Below, piece by piece: positions 26,634 to 38,900 of a stretch of 64,000 nt of DNA; positions within the stretch are counted from its first letter, which is position 1; the number at the start of each line of letters is the position of its first letter. Position numbers and translations under genes: made by a program. The notes under the pieces are model-generated. The model was not told the DNA's origin. It worked only from the letters and a program-made list of their open reading frames with translations, and searched no databases. The stretch is from Paraspadella gotoi (lineage: Eukaryota > Animalia > Chaetognatha), in NCBI GenBank assembly GCA_051294375.1, contig CM119265.1, positions 23,088,099-23,152,098 on the forward strand, in the 5' to 3' direction.

Positions 26634-26651
26634 AGAATTTATGAATGCTAG
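22909..26651 (+). CDS. XK-related (Xkr scramblase-like) polytopic membrane protein, ~930 aa; exons ~22909-23473, 23774-24694, 25096-25734, ~25958-26651
   Basis: XK motifs DQITD (TM1 DxxTD), EIVHVLLECIPQALVQ (ExxLExxPQxxLQ) and SAMTSCVSI, plus many hydrophobic segments. Intron 1 is GT-AG phase 0 and intron 2 fits best as GA-AG phase 0. The start (ATG at 22909 is one base out of frame) and the intron 3 phase each need a 1-nt correction. Confidence 0.7.
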
Positions 26652-27126
26652 TATTTTAATGCATTAAATGTGCATCTTTTGTTTTCTTTTTGTGAAGACT
26701 TGGGCAGCGTACGAAACGCCACCACGAAAAGGGGAAAAATAAAACAAAAGTCTTTCTCAAGTAATTCGTAAAAATTGTTTTTATTTTGCTAAAATTTGCA
26801 AAAATTTTTAGTTTGTTTCTCTCGAGTAAAATTTTCGAACTTAAAACAAGTGAAATTATTTTTAATCAAAACTGGTTCGGAAAACATCGTTCGACTGTTT
26901 GTTTTGAAAAGTTCAGATAGTTGATAAACGGAATTGCGTGCTGTTTATTCCGAAAAAAAAACACTCCTAAAAAGTTCAAACAAGAACGAACTTTTCGCTA
27001 TCAATCATCTCGAAAAGGCTCTCGCACTGATTAGATTAAACAAGAGAGAAGCAGAAAAAAAAAAAAAAAAACTGGTATTTTCTCTCTTTTTTTTTCCCAC
27101 TTTACATCTACATATATTCGAAAACA

Positions 27127-29455
27127 ATGGGGCTCTCATCAATTTTTCATTTTTTATTGGACTTATTTTTCGAAATATGGAATTCGGTTTTTAGGGTGAG
27201 TCAACTGCACTGTATATCTAAAAGAGTTTGAACTAAGTTTACAGCTCATTATAATATGGATTTTTATAGTAATTTAAATTTTTTCATGCGTCTTTATAGA
27301 TCATTTTTGAATAATTTTCCGAAAGATAACAAGTCTATAGTATAAGAGTCATTTTCTGGTGACTCGAATTGACTTCTAATAAGGAAAAAAAAACAAAACA
27401 AAACCGCGACGATTCTTTAAGACACAATTTTTATTACTTTTATGGTGGACTAAAATCCACCAACCGTTCATCAGCGGCCGTTGGTGACGGAGGCAAGTCA
27501 TTCACCTCCCAACCCAAAGGTCCGGGGTTCTAGCCCGGTGGTCGTCTGGCAGTTAAGAGGGACGGGGCTGTTAACCCTCCTGTAACATGGTGTTACAGCC
27601 TGATCCGAAGCTCAGGAACTGCTTATATTGAACGGTTCTGTCATTAACACATATCAATAATTACTGTCTCTTCACTTTATTAATTTGCAACTCTATTATC
27701 TTCATTGTCTAAATCACAATTTTTGTGAACAGCGTCACAGCGCCGTGCCTCCCATTGTCGACGAGGCGCTTCTCTTGTCGGCCACTCAACTGGCGGCCGA
27801 CATCCGGAGCCGGAAGAGGACGGCGGTCTCAGTGGTCGAGGAATTCGTCAAGAGGATTCGATGCGTCAACCCGACGCTCAACTGCATGGTGGCCGACAGG
27901 TCGGGAAAATGTGCATTGTGCAATTTACAAATTGCAATGTTATACTAGGCTTGTTTTATTTTTTCGTATTTTACTGGCAGAACTCGAATGTAAAGGACGA
28001 CTGGCGGTTTTCATGGGGGTTGATACATTTTAATAATAATATCTATTAAAGCGATGGAGTCTAATATATATGTGTATTGTACAACAAGACCATAGCTCTC
28101 TCTTCTCTCTCTCTCTCTCTCTCTCTCCTTTCTCTCTCTCCTCTCTCTCTCTCCTCTCTTCTCTCTCTCTCTGTCTCACGGTAGATAATGACCGTTTAAC
28201 GTAATTGTATTACACCCGTTTATGAAATTTGGTACACCAATATAAAAATTATCCATTCATTTAAATAAATAAAGCTATCTTGCCCCTGACTTTGGACAGG
28301 CTTTGGTGGTTAAGGCCTCCATCACTCTTACAAGATAATGACATAGCAGGTCCCGCAAGCTTTCAACACAGACTCTCTCACAGTCTCGTTTATTCCACTC
28401 CCAGAGTACCTGGCTTCCCTATCAATGAAGTGGAAAATATTTCAAAGAATGTTTCAATTGTATGCAAAGACCAACTCCCTTAAGTATTAGAGTCGGGTAA
28501 TACTTATTGTACTGCCGCCACTAGCATCAAAAATTACAAAGAGGCTGAATTTTATTGAAATTGTCGTACAACCAATATAAAAATTATCCATTCATTTAAT
28601 AAATAAGCTATCTTGCCCTGACTTTGGACAGGCTTTGGGTGTTTAAGGCCTCCATCCACTCTTACAAGAATATTATATTATATAATTGTATTTACTATTT
28701 AATATACGTTCACTTTACAATTTCCCACTCAGAATCAACGACGCGATTTTCGAGGCGAAGGAAATCGACGTTCTCCTGACATACAGGCCGAACGCAGAGA
28801 GAATCTCCAAAGAGAAGAAACCATTTTTGGGAGTTCCATTCACGTGCAAGGATTTCTTCGGTGTCAGGGGTACACAGGGGTACAGGGGTCAGGGGTACAC
28901 ACTGCATATACTAATGCCGTTAAAATTAATTAATAAATCGCTAATCGTCTGTACTCGTATAATCAAATGAAGTAATCGATCGTTAAATCAATCTAACGGT
29001 GGATCAATCATTCCGTTCAAACAATCAATCGGGTAATGGGAAAATCGATCAATCAATTAAACCATCAATTAGTGAAAAAGTCAGTCGATCAATCCAACAA
29101 ATGAATCACTCAATCAAGCGATCTTTCCATATCTGTCAAAAGAGCAGGTAAAGCAATCAATTTTTCTAACCATCACTCGAAACTCTAAGTTAGGTACCTA
29201 AAACATTGCGCTGACGCTCTGACTCATCTACTGCAATCTTGTCAGGATTGCCCAATGCCTGCGGCCACCTCAGCCTCAAAGACCGAGTGGCGAATGTCGA
29301 CGCGGAGGCGGTGACGCGCATGCGCGAGGCGGGCGCCATACCGCTCGGCCTGACCAACGTGCCCGAGTTGTGCATGTGGTGGGAGACGAATTGCAAATTG
29401 TGGGGAAGAACGCGAAACGTCTACGACACGAGGCGGATCGTAGGGGGCAGTTCGG
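27127..29455 (+). CDS. FAAH2: Fatty acid amide hydrolase 2-like amidase, exons 1-4 (27127-27195, 27733-27899, 28733-28869, 29246-29455)
   Basis: Phase-consistent GT-AG exons give MGLSSIFHFLLDLFFEIWNSVFR|RHSAVPPIVDEALLLSATQLAADIR...VNPTLN...PFLGVPFTCKD (catalytic Lys)...AGAIPLGLTNVPELCMWWET...GRTRNVYDTRRIVGGSSG, the amidase signature. Confidence 0.9.
27441..27626 (+). mobile_element. tRNA-derived SINE-like repeat, family A, in FAAH2 intron 1
   Basis: 5' hairpin GGTGGAC...ATCCACC, A-box-like TGGTGACGGAGG and B-box-like GGTTCTAGCCC. Homologous copies at 21743-21918 (-) and 57618-57705 (-). Confidence 0.6.
28221..28670. mobile_element. Two direct ~115-bp repeats flanking a ~215-bp internal segment; solo copies elsewhere
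   Basis: TATGAAATT...AAGCTATCTTGCCCCTGACTTTGGACAGGCTTTGG...CACTCTTACAAGA at 28221-28336 and ~28553-28669. Solo copies at 35874-35992 (reverse) and 60491-60606. Confidence 0.75.
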
Positions 29456-29488
29456 GTGGGTAAGCAAAAAGAGTGTGATAGTATGAGT

Positions 29489-31091
29489 CAGTGGCCGTCT
29501 GTGTACCGCCTGCTGTACGACGCTGCAGGAGCTGAACATCAATTTTGCCGACGAATGAGATGAGGTAGTGGGACGAAGGCTCTTTTCCTTGTCTATAGAA
29601 GATGATTACAAATAAGTATTGGTGGTATCAGGCCAGTATAGGAGAGTGTTTTGTAGGCAGTTGAAAGTACTTAAGAAATGCATAAATTTTCTTTTGAGCA
29701 TGTTCCCATACTAAATTTTGAATGGTCACTCCCTCCCCATTGAGAGGGCTACCGCCTATCAGAAGAAAAAACTAAAACTCTTTACAATAATAGATGGATC
29801 CGATAAAATTGATGTAAGCCCGTGATTAAACAAAATATATAGTTGAAAATACTCAGGTTAACGACTATGAATATTTTTGACTTCCAAATATTTTTTTTGT
29901 ACTTATCAAAAAAATTTATTGTTCCGTCATTTTAAAAAAATTTTAGGATCTTGAATAGAATGTTTGATTGTTCTTGTGTTTTAAAAGGGAAACCAGACCG
30001 AGTCAGATGTGGTTAGTATTGCGATATATTAATTAATTTAGAAATATTATCACACTTCAAATAATTATATTTTAAGAAAAAAGATAAAATGAGTTTAGAG
30101 TATATATACTAAAATATTTATAAAGTTTAAGGTAATAGGTGATGAGAGTAGTTATCAGAATAACAAAAAAAGTGATGTTTAATTTACGTATATCGTGCTG
30201 CTGTGGGGTCACGCGGCTAGTTTTTAGATAGTAATTGTGCGCAATAGTGGGCCAGCGCGGTTCAGAAGTTAACATAATAAAAAATACAATTTATTTTGTG
30301 TTAAATGTGAATCATATGTTTCAAAGTGCTGCATATATAATAAGTCAGCTTAGCTGCATTTATGATGTACAGCAATTGTCATAGTATAAGTATTTCTTTA
30401 CACTTTTTTTAAAATTGTATCCACGAAAAGTCTCGGAGACGTGTAATTTGGATTGTATTGAGAAGAAAGCCCCGAAGTAGAAAGTTGTTTTAGAGAGAAA
30501 AAATGTTGTCGGCTCTTTCATTTAGGAGCCTTCATCAGTGTTTGGACAAATCAAGTATTTTGTCTCTGTTGAAGGTAAGTTTTGCTTTGATCTCTTCCAT
30601 CTCTCTCTCGCCACTCTCATTGTCATTGTTCAAAGATCTTACTTCTTCCCCTCTCCTCAGACGCTTCAGCTGTCCTCACATCTGACCAACTGTCCTTACC
30701 TTATTCTTGTGTTGGATTCCCCTCAATTTTTTCTCTCTCTCTCTCTCTCCTCTTTCTCTCTCGTGGCAAAAACTTACTTCGAAAACAGAGACAAAATATT
30801 GATTGTCCAGAACAGCTGATGGAAGCTCTAAATGAAAGAGCGAAAACATGTCGACTAAATATTGTTGTCAATAAATCCGTTGTCCAAACAAAAACTGTTT
30901 TTCCTAGATACCTCAAAACAACGAAAAAAGAGAGTATATCATAAGAGAAGAAAAATCCATGAATCATAACTTTTTCATAAAAAGAACGGATCACAACAAG
31001 AAGATCAAAAAGAGAGAAAAGAGACAGAAAAGAGAAAGTGAGAGAGAGAAAGAAGAGACAAAGCTGGATCAGCTGCTGTAGAAGGCCGCTG
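29489..31091 (-). mobile_element. Degenerate hAT-like DNA transposon
   Basis: Imperfect TIRs CAGTGGCCGTCT ... AGAAGGCCGCTG. The frameshifted minus-strand remnant at ~30420-31000 resembles the TTF-zinc-finger/DUF4371 region of hAT transposases (RSF...VW, GLSS.IQ). No clean 8-bp TSD is seen. Confidence 0.45.
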
Positions 31092-32751
31092 TGACAGTAA
31101 AGGCGTAGTAAATTTTCGTAAATTTAACTTTAATTAAAATTCTAAAAGTGAGGAACGGATAACATTATGATTAATGAACATTTATATAATAAAAAAGTTT
31201 AGTAATAAATTTTACAAATTTACGGCTGTAGGCCATATTATACGTAGTACTAAAACGAAATTAAATGTTAAAATATCAAACAGTTTTTTGTAAGATTTTG
31301 TTGGCAGATTTGGATTCGTCATAAGAAGTTGATAAAGAAATATAACGTCTTGTTTGAAAAATTCTTCATTAAGTGTCAAAAATGAGAAAGAAACTGATAT
31401 TTAAGCTAAAATGTAACTTTTTCCAATATTAAATATAGTGTTTTTTAATATTTTAACCCCACTTAATGAAAAAATTTTTAAAAATGACATTATATTTTCT
31501 TTTTATCACTTTTACGAAGGAATTCAAGGTCTGCAATCAAAATTAAAAAAAGCCTATTTTGGAAAGTTTTCGATTTTATAAGGTTTAGTACTATATATAA
31601 ATAATAGCCTACTCGAAAATTAAAAAACATAAAAATTAATTTTTTTTGATAAATTGAGTTTACTGATGAGTTGTTTCATATTTGACTTTTAGAATTTTTT
31701 TTTGTTTTTTCTAATGTAACTTTCAACTCGCCTGTTACTGTACAAGTCAGGGCGAGAAAACGTGAACTCGTTTTTAGTGAAATAAGAATAAAAGAAATAA
31801 ATAATAAAAGAAGGCAAAGAATGTTCAATGGTTTACATTTGAAACTTTTCCAAGTTTTTTCCATCCGCACAGCTTGTAAAGATTTTATTTTTATGTGTAT
31901 TAAAATTAAGATATAGCTTGGCCTCAAATTAAAAAAGTTAATTTTGAGTTTCCATGTTTTATTAGAGGGATTTAAAAATAAATTTTTTTGAATTTCATCT
32001 ATCATATGTAGTATACTGCAGATAATGTTAAATAGCATTATAAGCATTTCTATATACTAATGTTGGATATGATAATGAGTACTATAAAATCTCATTTGCA
32101 ATATTTGGCAGTAAAATTAATAATGAATGTGAATTCAAACAAAACGATACTTAAATCCCAAATGTAATAAGAAGAAATATCAAAGCTATTTTCAGATGAG
32201 AAGCCATATCTAAATTTTTTAACTTACTATAGAATGCACACTTTTGTAAAAACTTTATCAAAATAATTGCAGAATAATTTTTATTTAAAAAAAAAACGGT
32301 AATCACATGCCAAACCTATAAAAACGTAGTAGTTTTTATATGGAAAAACAGCGTGACGGGCGAACGACGAGACTGACATACGTCACAAAAGCTCACCCGA
32401 ATGAATATCGAAAGCCTGAACCGGCTTTGCCGTCATGACTTGATAAAAATAGGTAGATGCTTCTCTTCAGTAGAAAAGTCCACCAAGAACGCAGCGTCAC
32501 ACAAAAAATAGAGATTCCGGAGATATCTAATAAGAGACGTTTTCTAATGGCTCTGAAAAGAACTAAAAACCCAGTGACAACTTTGAGATCTGAAAGAATG
32601 CCACGTGACCTGAATTTCGTATTAGAAATCTTAAATCGAGAATCTATGCGAAATCAGCGGGCAACCAATCAGAATCAGCTGTAACTGCCTTCGGAATTCC
32701 TGTATGGATTTCCCCCTGCGTTATAGTTGGAGAGATAGTTTATTTCGTAAC

Positions 32752-32938
32752 AGTAGCCTTCATGTACGACTGAGGCCGTTTAGGTATTCGGACATCCTTG
32801 GTTTCAAGTAGACCAAACTCGACCTGCACATTTCTTATTGACGGGATTTCGCATTATAGTCCTTTCTCAAAAGTTCCTCGAAACGTCGATAAATCTACAG
32901 AATATTTGATTTGGTCGAGAGAAGAAACGTCGTGCAAG

Positions 32939-32976
<38 letters not shown>

Positions 32977-35900
32977 GGACGAGTGGTTCTTGAAGGATTG
33001 GAAAGCTGAATGTGTATAGGGAAAAAAAGCTTCTCCTCTTTTTCTCGTCAAAGAATCGAGAAGATAGGATAATGTTTTTTTTTTTTTGGCTTCTCGAGTA
33101 GAAGCTCCCAGAAGATACCATCATTTTTGAAAGTCCTGATACCCAGTGCAAAGTTGTTTTGTGCCAAATTTAGTGGAGAAAACCGAAATATCACAGATAA
33201 AAAATTTCCGCTGAATGCTGCTTGATGGATTTTTCCACGGCCATGTGTTTTTGCGTCGTACCCACTTCCGGTATTTAAAAATAAGGATTTTTGGGAAAAA
33301 AGTGGAGCTGTGTATCAGCAGCATGCTTAACATTAATTCAAAATAATGTGTATTAATATAGCCTTATTACTAAATTTTTTTGAGTTGTGGTTTTTAAAAT
33401 AAGGTTAAAAAATTATTATTAAGAAAAGAACTTCAAAATAGAATTATTTATTTTTTTTAAAGCCAAATCGTCCTGTACCAAATTACTTTACAAATTCTAA
33501 TAAGATTTGTATAAGAAATGTATGATTTGGTTATATGAAATAAAACTCGTAAGGGATTTTTTAGATATTAATCCTTAAGCCAAATATTGCCTTTAAAGTT
33601 TGCCAATGATACAAAAAGAAAGCGAGCGAATTAGATAAAAGACGCCTTGCCTTTGTGGCATAGCAAGCCGTCCCTACTCAACCTTAACCCTAAACTCTCT
33701 CCCAACCAAAACCTTAGTCTGAGGCCTTTTATTCATTTGCAAGCCTCAAATCTTATTTTCCCCTAGTACAAGCCTTTCTAGTCGCTTATAACAAGGATAA
33801 GTATTGTGATAATTGGCATATTGGACAGGCTTAAGAAAAGGACAGGAAAGGCTTGGTTAGGTTAGGAAGTACTTGGGGAAGGAAAGTTAAGAAATTAAAA
33901 CTTAGCCTTATTGGATGGCCGGGAAACAGGGAGCCTGAGCTGAGGCTTCAGGACTAGGTGAACCTCAGGCCTGGATGTGAGGTTGGTGAGAGGCTCTTTG
34001 GAGTGAGTGCAGTAGGCTAGGGTTCTGGCATGATATAAAACACGGAGACCGATTAGGGCTAAAGGAAGGGCTGCTCTCAATTCACAGCCTGGGAAACTGT
34101 GAGGGTTTGGATCAGGGAGCCAGTTTAGGGTTAAGGTTGAGCAGGAAGTACACGAGCTTGGGTTTAAGGTTAGGAAAGGCTGCTCGGGTAATGACAAAAC
34201 CCACGTTGAGGTAGGGCTAGTTAGAATAGTCCCAAGCCAGGGAAACTGATGTTAAGATTTATGGTTTGGTTTAGGGCCGCGGTTTAGGTAAGGGTTGAAG
34301 TGAGGAGCGTTGCTGCTGTAAAGGCTAAGTTGGCCTACGCATCTAATTCGCTACTTTTGCATCAACTTGGTTAGTCTTTTTAAAAAGCCAAAATATGCTT
34401 GGTTTAAAGATTAAAGATTTAAAATCCCTTAGACAGTTCTATTTGTTTAACCAGATAGTAAAATTTTATTAATTAGTAAAGGTAGTTTGGGTCATGGGGG
34501 GTCTCATTGGCTTAAAAGAATTATGGAAGTTTAACTTGACGCTTTTGTAATAATATTTTTGATAAGCCTTATTTATAAACTAAAATAAAAATTGTAATGA
34601 CTATCTAGGAAAAAAGTTAGAACATTTTTTTTTTTAAAAGTTATTTAAATTCAATAAAAAAGATCAAAACATGGGTGAATCATTCTCAATATTTGGTAAT
34701 GCCGCGTCCTAGGCATTCGACGCACTGGGTGCAATTCGTCTGGGCATGCTGCTCGTAAAGCGAATGAGGTACGGAAAGGTGAAATATTTTTCCAACAACC
34801 TTTAGCGCAATTCTTTTCAGCCCCCGATGTGAATGTTGCGCGTTCTCTGTGGCGACTTGCCATCTTTTCATCTGCGACCAATAGGCGATGTCGAATTGGA
34901 TTGAGATCGGGAGTTCCCCGGAACCAGAGAGATAAGTTGATATGATGATGGCATGCATTGCTATTCGTCGTAGCGGCTCTATGCGCAGGAGCTTCCGTCC
35001 TTCCAATAAAGCGATAGGATCCACGATTTCCGCGCTTCACTGTGAGGTAACAATCTTATTTTGCCTCTAACTTCTATACGTGTTTGATCTTACGAAAAAA
35101 TGGAAGAAGCAACTGAAAGGAAATTTAGTGTAGAATCTGAAACAAATCCTGAATTTTTTTTAAAAAATCGAGCAAGTTTTCGAGTAGATATCCTTAAATT
35201 TTAAAAATGTGTTCTAACTTTTTCCTAGATAGTATTAAGTTATTGGTAACGTTTATTTTGATTAATTTTAAGTATGCGTGGCTGAAATAACAGCTTTAAT
35301 TTATTCTCTAATAATATCTGAATTTTTAAAAACCGGAAGTGGTTCAACGCAAAACTGGCGTGGAAAATCCATATGACAGTCCAGGAAAATTTTTTATTGT
35401 GATATTCGTTTTTCTCCACTAAATTTGGCAACAAAGAAACTATTGCAAGGTATCAGGATACTTTCATAAATGTATGAATTGTCTGGGACCTCTACTCTCG
35501 AGCCGCCGTTCGTTTATTCATTCGTGGTTATGCTATTCGTTGTAATCATTCGTGCTATCATTCGAATCATTACCGATTCATGACGTTCTGAATTTCATTT
35601 AAACCATTTATGGGATGCCATTCCAACTTTCTCAAAATAGGCTTTACAAGCAGCAATACGTTTATTGGGATATATTTTTGTTTTGGTTTCATATTAACAT
35701 TTTATATAGTACGACTATTCGACCCAAATTAAGTTCAACTCAACCTTTTTTCGTTTTGCTAGATACTAGATAAACAACAATAAATTTTAATGTAAATATT
35801 ATGAGATATCCGTAAAACCACTGAGAAGGAGAGATTATGACTGACATAAATGTCGGTAAATATATGTTAATTAATCTTGTAAGGAGTGATGGAGGCCTTA

Positions 35901-38900
35901 AACCACAAAGCCTGTCCAAAGTCCAGTGGGTCAAGATAGCTTATTTATTAAATGAATGGATAATTTTTATATTGGTTGTACGCAATTTCATATACTATAG
36001 GACCTTACCCCATCTTCCTCCTCCTCCTGCCTCCTCCTCCTCCTGCCTCCTTTTTCTCCATCTCTTTTTCCCTCAAGAATCGATTTTTTTGTTTTGGTAT
36101 CCGGAAATAAAAGTTATTCTTCGCGGAGAATTGGGTCTCTTTCCTTCGGAGGAAAAGGGAGGAAGAAGATGAGAAACTTTTTTTTGTCTTTCCTCGATCC
36201 TGAATTTTAGGGCTCTGATTAATCCGATGCAAAACTCGTCTAACGTTTCATTATTGATGACCCCATTACCTGAACATAGCCTTTTTGAAGTCCTGTTTTT
36301 TTTAAGTAATGGTATATTTTATGTAATATTTATTCGTATGTATTATTTCCTTTGCCTTATTGCCGCTATCCTTCATGAACGAGCTTTTAGTCCGAGGAAG
36401 ATCTGTCACTTTAAAGAGAAGGAGAGGTGATGAATGACAAACTGGGAAAAAAGAATCAAATCTAATTTGAATGACGAAAGAATGAAAATGACATCGGAAC
36501 TTTTTTTTTTTTTCCGAGAAGAGAGAAACACGTCCACACGAAAAATCAGATACTCACAATTTTCGACATATATTTTTCAATCAAAAACCTCGTATCATTT
36601 TTTAAATTTAATTAAATAATGATTTTTTTCTTTTTTAAATAAAACATTTGACAATTCGCAGTTTGATTCTCGCGAATTTTTTTTGCGGGGACCAGAAAAT
36701 TTTCGTTGCACATCGTTGTCGGGTAATTTTTTCCGTTTTGTCTGTTTGTTTTAAGGACGAGGCGACTTAAGCGTTTTCGGAGATAATATAACAAAAGTGT
36801 CCCTTTAAAGTAGAACCCCTTGCAAGGAAATTTAGTGAACTAGAAGTCAAGATGTTGTCTTTTGTCCGAGCACAAGTTGATAATTTTTTCGTCATTAAAG
36901 GTGAGAGGTGATGGGTATGAGTGAAGGAAATGGTTAGACTCATGCGTTGTCAAGGGGAACAAGAAAAATGGTGGTCACGATAATTTAAAACCTAAATATT
37001 TAGTCAAGAGTCCAAAAACAGTTAATGTTGCAAAAGTGTATTTTAATTAAAATTAATACCATTAACGATGTAGAATATAATTAAATTGGCTCATATTTAC
37101 TAAAGCTGCGCGCCTTCAGACTGAAGAGAGATAATTATAAAACCCTTCAATATAGCACTATTAAGGCACTATTAAGCAGTCCTGATGCCTCGGATCAGGC
37201 TCTAACCCCTGTTAAACTTTAAAAGGCGGGTTTAGCCGTCCCATCCCTTGTTAAACTGGCGAGGCGGCCTCCCGGCCCTCCGGGCTAGAGCCACTTGACG
37301 CTTGGGAGCCGTATGACTTGCCTCCTGTACCAATGAACGCTCTGAACGGTTGGTGGATTTAAAGAAAAAAACTTCAAAATAGAAAAACAGAATGTTTACA
37401 ATAAAATAAGAAACTCATTTTTTTTGGTGATTATTAAATGACTATAATAATATTTCTCGATGATTAGCTCTAATACAATCAAAGATTTACGCATTGTTAT
37501 GTGAATGACCTTTCTTCTTAAGCCACCAGAACAATAAAAACTTATAACTTGCTCTGCAGGGGCAATTGTTTGCCTTAGCCAAATATGAAAAGATAATATT
37601 TTTAGTCGGATCTGCTTTCAGAAGATCCGACTCTATAATTCACTTGTTCGGTCAGTCGGTCCGCACCCCTCAATGCTGTCGGCATTTTACTTATATCATG
37701 TCAGAACATCGAATTATGATAAATTATGCAAAAAAACACGATGTCCGTCGTCTGTCCTGTAGGTCCCGTTGTCCCGTCCGTTCCTCGCGTCCGTCCGTCG
37801 CGTCCGTCCGTCCCGTCCGTCCACCATTAGCAAAAAACACCAATTAACTCGTGATTGGATAAATGGATTTTGGAAATGAAATTTTGTGTGTGGGTAGGGA
37901 AAGTGTGTGATTGAGCTGGATATGAAGTTTCGATGGAATTGTCCGAGTTGGAAATGAGTTTAAATGGAAAAAACAAAAAAATATATTTCCACTAATTGAA
38001 CACCAATTTACCTCATGAGTGGATGGGGCGATTGACTTGAAATTTTTTATTTGGGTAGAAAAGTGTGTGATTAAACTGGAAAAATCGATGGAATCGTTTG
38101 AAGTGGAAAAAGTGAGTTTAAAATTAAACAAAGAACCTTGTTTCACTAATTGATTATGCTTCTTTTTCTTTTTATTTTAAAATGTAAATGCAAGATGTAT
38201 TTAATTAATCAAATAATTAATAGTTAAATTAATCAATTAGTCAATTAAATTAATCAATAATTCAATTATCAGTTAATTAATTCAAATCTAACAACTAATT
38301 TTAAAATGCAATGAAATAACCACTGTATTTGCAAATGATAGCGTTTTTTAACCGGCGCTTGTAAAAATTGTCACCATGTCACATGCAACTGTGGGTTCGC
38401 CTTGGACTCTGTCCGATCTCAAATCACCGATGTGTTGACGGTGATTTCGGCAGGCGCCGTTCTCCCTGCTTTGCCTGCGGTCGGTCGCGGATCTGAGCTG
38501 GCTTTTCCCATCGTCTGCATCAATCTCGTCTCGGCGTCGTTGGGCCTGCGTCCTCCCTGGAGCGCGCCCATCGGACCGGCGCCATAATATCCGCGACTTT
38601 TGGGGTGGCGTGTCTCGGGCCGGCTTAATTTAGGCGGCTCTTCGGTCGGCGTCGCCCCACGGTCGCCGATTTGGCGGCGTCGTTTTGAGACTCGACGTCT
38701 TTCTGGATTCTGTCGATGAATCGAGAAGCCGAAACAAGAAGTCCAACGGGCGACGACGCCGAAGGCGAGTCAAGGCCTTCCGTCTTCGAACGCAAGAATG
38801 GCGTTGGTGGCGTCAGCGGAGATCGTCCACTGTGTCTTCCTCGAAGTAGTATCCCTCAAGCGCTCGTCCAACCGCCGTCATATTCTACGGCGACGCCGCG

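Noticed and set aside
28221-28670. CRISPR-like repeat-spacer reading of the direct repeats
   Set aside because: Eukaryotic context, only two ~115-bp repeats, no cas genes.
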